Assembly (NCBI GenBank): GCA_965232975.1
Contig: CBDDRG010000307.1
Span: forward strand, 1 to 43,447
DNA from: an uncultured bacterium
Lineage (GTDB): Bacteria > Pseudomonadota > Gammaproteobacteria > Pseudomonadales > Porticoccaceae
Length of the DNA: 43,447 bases
Reading direction: 5' to 3'
Shown here in pieces: positions 16,624 to 26,419 of the stretch (position 1 is its first letter; each line of letters opens with the position of its first letter). Made by a program: the position numbers and the translations under genes. The notes beneath the pieces are model-generated. The model was not told the origin of the DNA. It worked only from the letters and a program-made list of their open reading frames with translations, and did not search any database.

Positions 16624-17529
16624 ATGAAAATCGGCATTAATTCCGGCGCTGCGTCGGGGCCGGAAACCACTATCACAGGCCTCATCGCGCGCGCCGTCAG
16701 AATGGAGGAACTGGGTTTCGACACCTTCTGGATGGCGAACATGTTCGGTCTCGACGCGCTGACCGCGCTGGCGCTGGTCGGCCAACGCACGACGCGGATC
16801 AAGCTCGGCACCGCGGTCGTGCCCAGCTACCCGCGCCATCCGCTGGTGATGGCGCAGCAGGCGGCGACCACCAATGCGGCGTCCGGCGGGCGCTTTACGC
16901 TGGGCATCGGCCTGTCCCACAAGCCGATCATCGAGGGCATGTTTGGGCTGTCCTACGCCCACCCGGCGCGCCACATGCGCGAATATTTACAGGTGTTGAC
17001 CCCGGCGCTGCGCCACGAGAAGGTCGATGTTGCCGGGGAGCAGTACCGCGCTCGCGGCCAGCTCACGGTCACTGAGTTCGCGGCCGTCCCCGTCGTCGTG
17101 GCGGCGCTGGGCGATGCGATGTTGAAGCTCGCGGGCACCTACGCCGACGGCACCATCACCTGGATGACCGGCGTCAAGACGCTGGAAAACCACATCATTC
17201 CTAAACTCCGCAAGGCCGCCGCGGACGCCGGCCGGCCGGCGCCGCGCATTGTCGCGGGCGTGCCGACGGCTATCGTCGCCGACAAGAGTGAAGCCGTTGC
17301 CCGCATCGACAAGGGCATGAAAATGTATGGCCAACTCGACTCCTATCGCGCCATGCTCGCTCGCGAGGGCGTGGACAGCCCCTCCGGCATCGCCAACATC
17401 GGTGACGAAAAGGAGTTGCGCAGGGCCATCCAGCGCTATCGCGACATCGGCGTCACCGATCTGAACTGTGCCATTCTCGGCGTGGGCGACCATGACACCA
17501 CCGTCAATTTCCTCGCCAGTGAACTTTAA
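16624..17529 (+). CDS. LLM-class (luciferase-like, F420/flavin-dependent type) oxidoreductase
   Basis: MKIGINSG...EELGFDTFWMANMFGLDALT...IKLGTAVVPSYPRHP...RFTLGIGLSH shows a TIM-barrel LLM pattern. Preferred ATG at 16624. Confidence 0.8.
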   Translation: MKIGINSGAASGPETTITGLIARAVRMEELGFDTFWMANMFGLDALTALALVGQRTTRIKLGTAVVPSYPRHPLVMAQQAATTNAASGGRFTLGIGLSHKPIIEGMFGLSYAHPARHMREYLQVLTPALRHEKVDVAGEQYRARGQLTVTEFAAVPVVVAALGDAMLKLAGTYADGTITWMTGVKTLENHIIPKLRKAAADAGRPAPRIVAGVPTAIVADKSEAVARIDKGMKMYGQLDSYRAMLAREGVDSPSGIANIGDEKELRRAIQRYRDIGVTDLNCAILGVGDHDTTVNFLASEL

Positions 17530-17731
17530 CCGGGCAGCATCCACATCTATGGTGATGGCGGCGCCCCAAAAAAAACCGCCCTGCCTGGCTTGGTTATCGC
17601 GCTTGACCGGAGCGGTAGCGCAGTGTCAGATGAACCGTCGGGGATGGGTAGACCCGCCGCCATCATAAGACCAGCCAAAGGTCGGAAAATGTCCGGCCCG
17701 ACAGCACCGGGATAACAATAACAGGGCAAGA

Positions 17732-18517
17732 GTGATGACAGCTTCCCGTATTCAGCAGACCGTCAACGGCCAGCGCATCGACATTCTCATGGGTGGTTCC
17801 GGCGACCCAGTAGTCGTGTTGCACCACGATATCGGGAACCCCGGCTGGCTGCCTTTTTACGACCGGCTGGCGGAGAAATTTACCGTCTATGTGCCATCGC
17901 TGCCGGGTTTCGACGCGTCGGAACGCCCGGAGTGGATGCGCACGGTGCGCGATATGGCGACTGTGTGCCAGTGGCTGATGCGCGACCTGCGACTGGCAAC
18001 AAACCCCTACCTGGTCGGGCTGGGCTTCGGCGGCTGGATCGCCGCGGAGATCGCGACCACCGCCTCCGCCAGTGTGCGCGGCATGAGCCTGGTCAACCCG
18101 ATGGGGTTGCAGCCCAGGGAGGGCGAGATCATGGATCAGTTTCTGCTCAGCTCGGAAGAATATATTCGCGCCGGGTTTTCGGATCTGAGCTCATACCATG
18201 CGACCTTTGGGCAGTTGCCCGACGTCGAGCAGCTTGTCACCTGGGAAATAAACCGGGAGATGACCACCCGCATCGCCTGGAAGCCCTACATGTTCAACCG
18301 CTCCCTGGAAAACCTGTTGCGCGCAGTCGCGACGCCGACCCAGTTGATCGCTGGGACCGACGACAAAATCGTGCCGCCCGTTTGCTGTGAACAGTTTGCC
18401 GGTTTGATCCCGGCGGCGGAGGTTTTTTACCTCAATGGCTGCGGGCACTACCCGGACATGGAACAGCCGGATGAACTGGCAGCGCTGATTATTGCCTTCA
18501 TCAGCGCCCGGGCGTGA
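17732..18517 (+). CDS. Alpha/beta-hydrolase-fold protein with Gly at the nucleophile position
   Basis: Alpha/beta-fold pattern with candidate Asp (GTDDKIVP) and His (GCGHYPDMEQP). The nucleophile elbow reads VGLGFGGW where GxSxG is expected. GTG at 17732, ATG at 17735. Confidence 0.75.
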   Translation: MMTASRIQQTVNGQRIDILMGGSGDPVVVLHHDIGNPGWLPFYDRLAEKFTVYVPSLPGFDASERPEWMRTVRDMATVCQWLMRDLRLATNPYLVGLGFGGWIAAEIATTASASVRGMSLVNPMGLQPREGEIMDQFLLSSEEYIRAGFSDLSSYHATFGQLPDVEQLVTWEINREMTTRIAWKPYMFNRSLENLLRAVATPTQLIAGTDDKIVPPVCCEQFAGLIPAAEVFYLNGCGHYPDMEQPDELAALIIAFISARA

Positions 18518-18625
18518 TTGAACTGCATGCCGCCCGTGCTATCGACTTGCAAACAGACGCCTGACAACTAAAACCGCAATCGGCGCAGTAGCGGTCAAGA
18601 CTTCGCAATCGGAGGCTAGACGACG

Positions 18626-19870
18626 ATGCACTTCATGTATTTCACCGAACAACCCATGAAAACCTACCCGCGCGCAGAGGGCGAAAAATTCGGCTACACC
18701 GCGCTGTTGTTCTCCAACAAAAACTTTGACGCCACCGAGGGCAGCCGGCTGTACCACGAATTCATCCTGGAGTATCAGCGCGCCGAGGCTGTCGGCTTCG
18801 ACGGCATCATGCTCAACGAACACCATCAGGCGCCGTTCTGCATGCAGGCGGTGACCAACATGATGGCGGCCGTGCTCAGTTACGCCACCCACAAAGCCAA
18901 GATCGTCATCCTCGGCAACCCGCTGCCGCTGGCCGACAATCCGACGCGGCTGTCGGAAGAGCTGGCGATGATCGACATGTACTCACAGGGGCGCCTGGTG
19001 TCGGGCTTTGTGCGCGGCGGGGGCACGGAACAGCTCGCCACCAACACCAACCCCGCCTACAACCGGGAGCGCTTCAATGAGGCCCACGACCTCGTCATCA
19101 AATCCTGGACGGTGCCGGGCCCGTTTCGCTGGGAGGGCGAGCACTTCCACCAGCGCATCGTGAACCCCTGGGTGTTGCCGTTGCAGAAGCCGCATCCGCG
19201 GGTGTGGATTCCGGGCATTTCCAGCCGCGAAACCATTGAATGGGCGGCGGCGCACGGCTATCCCTATATCGTGCTCAGCGCGCCGATTCAGGCCTGCAAG
19301 CAGATCTGGAACATCTACGACGATACCGCGCTGCACGCGGGCTTTGTGCCGGGGCCTGAACACCGCGGCTATCTGGTTCGCTGCCATGTGCAGGAAGACG
19401 AAGATCACGCGCTGCGCAACGCCGAGCAATTCAACTGGATGAATGGCGAGTTCACCGGTTTGCTGCACCCGGTGTGGAGCGCGCCCTCCGGTTATCTCGG
19501 CCCCTGGGCGCGGCGCGGTTCTGCCGAGATTCGCGCGGGGCGGCGCAAGATGACCACCGCTGGGCAGAACCTGAGCGTCAGGGAACAGCGCGCCAACTAT
19601 TCGTTGATCGTGGGCACGCCGGATCAGGTCTACGAGCAGTTGGCGCACCTGATTACCGAGACCAAGCCGTCGATTCTCGGCCTGATGGCTAATGACGGCG
19701 CCATCAGCCATGAGGATTCGCTGCGCTGCATAGAGCTGCTGGGCAACGATGTGCTGCCGCGCCTGCGCAAACTGGCGGATGAACTGGGCCTCGCCAGTCC
19801 GTTTGAATGCGATGCGCCGGTGAGCCTCGCCCACGCCCGGCAACTGGCGACGGCGCGCAAGGCGGGCTGA
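18626..19870 (+). CDS. LLM-class flavin-dependent oxidoreductase
   Basis: GFDGIMLNEHHQAPF, KIVILGNPLP, SQGRLVSGFVRG and IVGTPDQV are luciferase-like monooxygenase family motifs. Confidence 0.8.
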   Translation: MHFMYFTEQPMKTYPRAEGEKFGYTALLFSNKNFDATEGSRLYHEFILEYQRAEAVGFDGIMLNEHHQAPFCMQAVTNMMAAVLSYATHKAKIVILGNPLPLADNPTRLSEELAMIDMYSQGRLVSGFVRGGGTEQLATNTNPAYNRERFNEAHDLVIKSWTVPGPFRWEGEHFHQRIVNPWVLPLQKPHPRVWIPGISSRETIEWAAAHGYPYIVLSAPIQACKQIWNIYDDTALHAGFVPGPEHRGYLVRCHVQEDEDHALRNAEQFNWMNGEFTGLLHPVWSAPSGYLGPWARRGSAEIRAGRRKMTTAGQNLSVREQRANYSLIVGTPDQVYEQLAHLITETKPSILGLMANDGAISHEDSLRCIELLGNDVLPRLRKLADELGLASPFECDAPVSLAHARQLATARKAG

Positions 19871-19884
19871 CCAGCGCCGCCTCG

Positions 19885-21584
<1,700 letters not shown>

Positions 21585-21588
<4 letters not shown>

Positions 21589-21917
21589 GGCTGCGGCTCC
21601 AGCGGCCCCATCACCCCGCCGCGGAAACCGTAGACGACGCGGGCGCCGGCGTAGGCCACCAGGGTCACGTCCCGGGTCTGGCCCGGTTCGAAGCGCACCG
21701 CGGTACCGGCGGCGATATCGAGGCGCATGCCGCGCGCGGCCGCGCGATCAAACTGCAACGCCGGATTGGTCTCGGCAAAGTGGTAGTGGGAGCCGACCTG
21801 GATCGGCCGGTCGCCGCCGTTGGCCACCGCCAGCGTCAAGGTCGGCCGGCCGGCGTTGAGTACGATGTCGCCGGGTGCTGTGAGCAATTCTCCGGGGGTA
21901 AGTGATCCGCCAGTCAT
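21585..21917 (-). CDS. ureB: Urease beta subunit
   Basis: [20 protein letters not shown] and [21 protein letters not shown] overlap with ureC. No ureA (gamma subunit) lies upstream. Confidence 0.9.
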
Positions 21918-21960
21918 GAAGGGCTCCTGTTCAATTACTCAAAACGCTCGGCGGGAAGCG

Positions 21961-22347
21961 CTACACCTTGCGCACCGGTCCGGGGTAGCGCGCCAATTGC
22001 GCGTCGCCCGTGACCAGGGTGATACCTTCGCACAAAGCCTGGGCCAGCAGCAGGCGGTCGAACGGGTCCTTGTGCAGGGGCGGCAGACTGTCGATGCTCA
22101 CCGCGTGCTGGCCCGAGATCGCGAGCTCGGCATAGCCGTTGTCGAGCAGGCCCCGGCGCAGCAGGCGCGGCTCGACGCGAAAATCCGCCCGCCCCAGGGT
22201 GTTCTTGATGGCGATCTCCCACAGACTGGCGGCACTGAACAGCAGCTCGCTGCGCGGGTCGTTCAACAGCTTGCGCGCCGCCACTGATAGCCGGCCGGGT
22301 TGCCCTGCCGCCCACAACAGAATCTGGGTGTCGAGCAATAGCTTCAC
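21961..22347 (-). CDS. vapC: Type II toxin, PIN-domain VapC family
   Basis: 128 aa with the PIN acidic residues in LLLDTQ, SLWEI, DPFDR and TGD. The GTG start overlaps the antitoxin stop (GTGA). Confidence 0.85.
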   Translation of the reverse strand: MKLLLDTQILLWAAGQPGRLSVAARKLLNDPRSELLFSAASLWEIAIKNTLGRADFRVEPRLLRRGLLDNGYAELAISGQHAVSIDSLPPLHKDPFDRLLLAQALCEGITLVTGDAQLARYPGPVRKV

Positions 22348-22583
22348 ACGCTGACACCAAACAACGCGGCAATCTCGGCCTCGCCCATGGTATCGAAATC
22401 GTCTGGCACCTCGATCTCTCCAGCCAGAAAACCAAGCCGCTGCGCTACCGCAGGCGCATCCAGGGCCGCCACCCGCACCAGCGGCTTGCCGGCCTTGGCG
22501 ATGACGAAGGCTTCGCCCTTGACGGCCAGATTGATCAGCCTGGAGAGCTGGGTCTTGGCTTCATGGATATTCACAGTCGTCAT
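22344..22583 (-). CDS. Type II antitoxin, Phd/YefM family
   Basis: 79 aa from MTTVNIHEAKTQLSRLI, a typical Phd/YefM N-terminus. Lies immediately upstream of and overlaps vapC. Confidence 0.8.
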   Translation of the reverse strand: MTTVNIHEAKTQLSRLINLAVKGEAFVIAKAGKPLVRVAALDAPAVAQRLGFLAGEIEVPDDFDTMGEAEIAALFGVSV

Positions 22584-22594
22584 GGCGACCTCAA

Positions 22595-22619
22595 AGACTA
22601 AGTTGACAGAACTAAGTCT
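22595..22619. promoter_or_regulatory. Imperfect inverted repeat (candidate TA operator) just upstream of the antitoxin start
   Basis: AGACTAAGT, 7-nt spacer, ACTAAGTCT, lying 12 nt upstream of the antitoxin ATG. On the minus strand a possible TTGACC -35 and TAGACT -10 overlap it. Confidence 0.3.
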
Positions 22620-22716
22620 ATTACGCGGTGATCCAGTGGTCAACTCATCCTGGCTTTGCGTTTACGAATGGCAATGTACGTGCCAAGAAAAATGCTCGCT
22701 CGCGCCGTTGAGGGTT

Positions 22717-22890
22717 TTACGTCGGCGTAAAGCGATAGCCAATACCGGTTTCGGTCAGCAGGAGGCGCGGACGAGCGGGGTCGGTTTCCAGCTTGTGGCG
22801 CAGGCGCGCCATATAGATGCGCAGATAGTGGCTGTGTTCCGCCGCTGCTGGCCCCCACACTTCGCGCAACAGATGGCGCTGAGTCAGTGA
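22717..22890 (-). pseudogene. kdpE: 3' fragment of an OmpR-family response regulator gene (KdpE-like winged-helix C-terminus)
   Basis: Encodes [57 protein letters not shown] then a stop. This matches the KdpE C-terminus from memory. There is no receiver domain upstream; upstream in this frame is out-of-frame ureB-like DNA. Confidence 0.7.
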
Positions 22891-22936
22891 GCGCCATGGT
22901 CTGGGCGAGCGGCACCGGGTAGCCGCGGTCCAAGGC

Positions 22937-23167
22937 ACGGGTCTGGCCCGGCTCGAAGCGCACCGCGGTACCGGCGGCGATATCGAGGCGCATGCCGCGC
23001 GCGGCCGCCCGATCAAACTGCAGCGCCGGATTGGCCTCGACGAAATGGTAGTGAGAGCCGACCTGGATCGGCCGGTCGCCGCCGTTGGCCACCGCCAGGG
23101 TCAGGGTCGGACGGCCGGCGTTGAGTTCGATGTCGCCGGGCTCGGCGAGCAGTTCTCCGGGAGTCAT
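22937..23167 (-). pseudogene. ureB: Truncated second copy of ureB (5' ~230 bp only)
   Basis: Encodes [77 protein letters not shown], then loses homology. By eye it is roughly 90 percent identical in DNA to ureB at 21585-21917. It keeps a strong GAGGAGGAG RBS. Confidence 0.75.
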
Positions 23168-23543
23168 CTGGGGCTCCTCCTCAGATTCAGCAAAAACAGC
23201 GCAACGATGGGCGCCAAGATCGGCCAATGCCGACGCAATTTCCAGAACGTCCTCGACTATACCGATAAGGCACTAAATGTGCCCGCCTTAGCAGCCCATG
23301 GTCGATCCAGTCCCCGCCGAGTCATCCAACGAAGCGCCCGATGTTTGCGGCGATGGGGCGCCCCGCCCGCGGGTTCGGTAAATTCGTGAACCCGTGGGTC
23401 GCAAAGTAGTTGGCGCGCATGGCCGTTGATATGGCGACTACAAATGAACTGCGCTATGGTCGCGCGGGATGTGCAACCCGGCGCTATTGGTCGACGAGCA
23501 ATTGCCGTCGTGGGCCAAACAATTATTTGATCAGGAGGGGACG

Positions 23544-24752
23544 ATGACGCAGCGTATGCTCGAAGGCTTCACGGTGGTTGACTTTACCCATGTGGTAGCG
23601 GGGCCCCATTGCACCAAAATACTCGCCGAGCATGGCGCGGAGGTCATCAAGATCGAACCTCTGGGCGGCGAATTGGCGCGCATGTTGCCCATGCACCGGC
23701 AGGGGCGCAGCGCCTATTTCATACAACACAATGTCGGCAAGAAAACCATGGCGATCGATATCGCCGCCGCCAGAGGCCAGAGTATTTGCCGGGAGTTGAT
23801 CAAGCAGGCCGATGTCGTGGTGGAAAATTTTTCGCCCGGGGTGATGAAGCAGCACGGCCTGGATTGGGAGACTCTCAAGCAAATCAATCCCAATCTGGTG
23901 ATGTGCTCGATCTCCTGTTTCGGCCAAACCGGACCGCTATCGAACCTGCCCGGCTACGACTGGATCGGCCAGTCCTACGCCGGCATCATCGACCTGCTTG
24001 GCGAACCGGGGCGGTCGCCCATCTTCGGCGATTTTGCCTTCGGCGATATCTCCACCGGCGCCCACGCCTACGGCGCGATCGTCTCGGCGCTGCTGCACCG
24101 GCTGCGCGGCGGCAGCGGCCAGCACATCGATATTTCGCTGATGGAAGTGCTGTTCAGCTATCACGAGCTGGGCGTGCAGATGTACGACACCACGGGTGGT
24201 CAGATGGTGTTCAAGCGCTCCGGCCCCCGCCACGGCATGCTGGCTCCCGTCGGCATTTACAGGTGCAAAGATCGATACTTGTTCCTGCTTGGCGTCAGCC
24301 ACCAGTGGCGCGGTCTGGCGACCGCCATGGGGCGCGAGGATCTGCTCAACGACCCGCGGTTTAGCGACCTCGCCACCATGGGCCAGTACAAGGACGAGTT
24401 GGATGCGGCCATCGACGCCTGGTTGGCAACCCTCAACGACGTTGACGAAGCCATCGCGCTGCTGCGCAAACACCGGGTGCCCTGCGCGCCCATCCTTAGC
24501 GTTCCCGAGGTCATGGCGCTGCCCCACACCCAGGAGAGAGGCATGGTGAGGACGGTTTCCGATGCCATTTTCGGCGATATCCATATCCCCCGCACGCCCC
24601 TGAGATTTTCGGCATTTCCGGAGACCCCGGATCTGCGTGCGGGCACGCTTGGGCAGCACAATCACGAGATATTGCGCGAGCGCCTGGGCTACACGGAGCA
24701 ACAGATAGCCGACCTCGAGGCCGGCAACGTCATTGCCGCAAAAAACATCTAA
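23544..24752 (+). CDS. Family III CoA-transferase (CaiB/BaiF type)
   Basis: VVDFTHVVAGPHCTKILAEHGAEVIKIEP, ENFSPGVM and GYDWIGQSYAG. AGGAGGGG RBS before the ATG at 23544. Confidence 0.85.
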   Translation: MTQRMLEGFTVVDFTHVVAGPHCTKILAEHGAEVIKIEPLGGELARMLPMHRQGRSAYFIQHNVGKKTMAIDIAAARGQSICRELIKQADVVVENFSPGVMKQHGLDWETLKQINPNLVMCSISCFGQTGPLSNLPGYDWIGQSYAGIIDLLGEPGRSPIFGDFAFGDISTGAHAYGAIVSALLHRLRGGSGQHIDISLMEVLFSYHELGVQMYDTTGGQMVFKRSGPRHGMLAPVGIYRCKDRYLFLLGVSHQWRGLATAMGREDLLNDPRFSDLATMGQYKDELDAAIDAWLATLNDVDEAIALLRKHRVPCAPILSVPEVMALPHTQERGMVRTVSDAIFGDIHIPRTPLRFSAFPETPDLRAGTLGQHNHEILRERLGYTEQQIADLEAGNVIAAKNI

Positions 24753-24854
24753 CAACGACCACTCGGGGCCTGGCTGGCGCGACGAAACACGGTTCCGCAC
24801 CGGTCGACACGGATCAAATAATAACTAAGGAAGTGCTGATTTATTCAATTCTCG

Positions 24855-24975
24855 TCATTGCGAGCGTTGCCTTTAGCCGCGAGCACAGCGTGGCGGGAAG
24901 CAATCCATGTAGCACCACAAAGTAAAACCCATGGATCGCCACGGCGCTGGGCGCCGCGCGATGGCGGAATAAATC
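24855..24975. repeat. Imperfect palindromic intergenic repeat of the 'cattgcgagcg...gaagcaatcc' type
   Basis: GTCATTGCGAGCG...GGAAGCAATCCATG faces CATGGATCGCCACGGCGC...GCGCGATGGCG. It resembles short dispersed repeats that give spurious peptides like xLAMT or APRNDG in many bacterial genomes. Confidence 0.3.
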
Positions 24976-25003
24976 AGTGTTTCCCCTGATCAGGTGACGC
25001 GCG

Positions 25004-26098
25004 ATGAGGCTCTTCAAAACGGGGTTGGTGGTTTTATGGTCTATGTTGATGATCGCCTGTTCGGCCGATGTGCCGGCGGTCGCCGACTGCGGCGTCACGG
25101 GTGGCATCACCCCCCATTGCAAGTTTAAAAACCCTGAAGATGCGGTCGTTCTGGCCAATGGCCAGATGATCGTCAGTCAGATGGGCAATCTGGAGGAGCG
25201 CAGTCCCGGCAGCCTGGTGTTGTTCGATCCGGATCGAGGAACGGTCACCAGGTTGTTCGGCCAGGGCTATTCCACCCGTGATTTGGGCGATACCCGATGG
25301 GGTAATCTGGATTGTACGGCGAACCCCCGCGAGTTCTTTTCTCCTCACGGCATAAGCCTGCTGAAGCGGGCCGATGATCGCCTGCAACTCATGGTGGTGA
25401 ATCACGGGCGGCGTGAATCGGTGGAATTCTTCGAGGTTTTCATCAATGACAGCGGTGTATCGACCGTCTGGCGCGGTTGCGTGCGCGCGCCCCACAAAGA
25501 GTTTCTCAATGACCTGGTGGCGCTGCCCGATGGCGGTTTTATCGCCAGCAACATGTATGTCACCCGCGGCCCGCAGTTATTCGGACTCCATTTCGGGGCC
25601 CTCAAGGCGCTGTTGGGAATGGACTCCGGGTATCTTATCGAATGGCATCCCTGGCAGGACGTCACTGTGGTGCGCGGTAGCGAGGGGCCATTCCCCAACG
25701 GCCTGGCGATATCGCCGGACGGACGCTTTATTTATCAGAATCTGTATGGCGCGGATGAGGTGCGCAAACTCGACCGCCAAAAGGGTGTGGTGGTGGCGTC
25801 CATTGCCGTTGCGAAACCCGACAACACGACCATCGACGCCAAGGGGCGATTGCTCGTGGCCTCGCAAAAAATGTCCCTGCTGGACTTGAAGTCCTGCGTG
25901 GACGAGCCGGATCAAACTTGCCTGCTGCCCTTTGAAATCGTGCAAATTGACCCGGACACCATGGCGCACAAAGTGGTCTTTAAACACGCGGGCCCGCCCA
26001 TGGGCGCCGGCACCGTCGCCGTTCAGCACGGCGATAATCTGGTGATGGGCTCGTTTTTGGGCGACCGCATGATTATTGCGCCCTATTCCGGTCGTTGA
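25004..26098 (+). CDS. Paraoxonase/arylesterase (PON)-like six-bladed beta-propeller lipoprotein, candidate lactonase
   Basis: Lipobox LMIAC. Collinear from memory with human PON1: NPEDAV/GSEDLE, FSPHGIS/FNPHGIS, VVNHG/VVNHP, LNDLVAL/LNDIVAV, PNGLAISPDGRFIY/ANGINISPDGKYVY, PDNTTID/VDNISVD. Confidence 0.7.
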   Translation: MRLFKTGLVVLWSMLMIACSADVPAVADCGVTGGITPHCKFKNPEDAVVLANGQMIVSQMGNLEERSPGSLVLFDPDRGTVTRLFGQGYSTRDLGDTRWGNLDCTANPREFFSPHGISLLKRADDRLQLMVVNHGRRESVEFFEVFINDSGVSTVWRGCVRAPHKEFLNDLVALPDGGFIASNMYVTRGPQLFGLHFGALKALLGMDSGYLIEWHPWQDVTVVRGSEGPFPNGLAISPDGRFIYQNLYGADEVRKLDRQKGVVVASIAVAKPDNTTIDAKGRLLVASQKMSLLDLKSCVDEPDQTCLLPFEIVQIDPDTMAHKVVFKHAGPPMGAGTVAVQHGDNLVMGSFLGDRMIIAPYSGR

Positions 26099-26419
26099 AA
26101 TTTGCCGTTGCCTGAGTATCTGGGCGTAGACTGGCTCGGCGGCGTTTAAGCTGCTTGCGCAGCGGCGCCCAACGGCAAACTGCGCTAACCCTGGCGTCTT
26201 ACGGCCTCCGCCGACTCGCTCCAGCCGCCCCGCGCGGTGGCTGCCTTATACTGAGCGCCTCTTCGATCCAACCTTGTCCTGAGCCTCTGTTGGAGCAGTA
26301 ACTTGGTCGGGCATCAGCGCAACACTTTTGACATGGCCGCCCTCGATGCGCGGCCAAGCGGGCACGCTCATCTGCGCCAGCATCCACATAACTGCGCCCG
26401 CTCCCGCGAGGATTGTCCG

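Noticed and set aside
15838-16974. 378-aa ORF suggesting a very large UreE fusion protein
   Set aside because: Only the last 161 aa (from MKKITQF, ATG at 16323) resemble UreE. The upstream 217 aa are Arg-rich nonsense that overlaps the divergent promoter region and the 5' end of the plus-strand LLM gene.
22640-23227. 195-aa ORF that could be read as a novel ureB-fusion protein
   Set aside because: Homology to UreB stops abruptly after ~78 residues and the remainder is out-of-frame read-through across a kdpE fragment. I interpret it as a pseudogene or scar, though expression of a chimeric peptide cannot be excluded.
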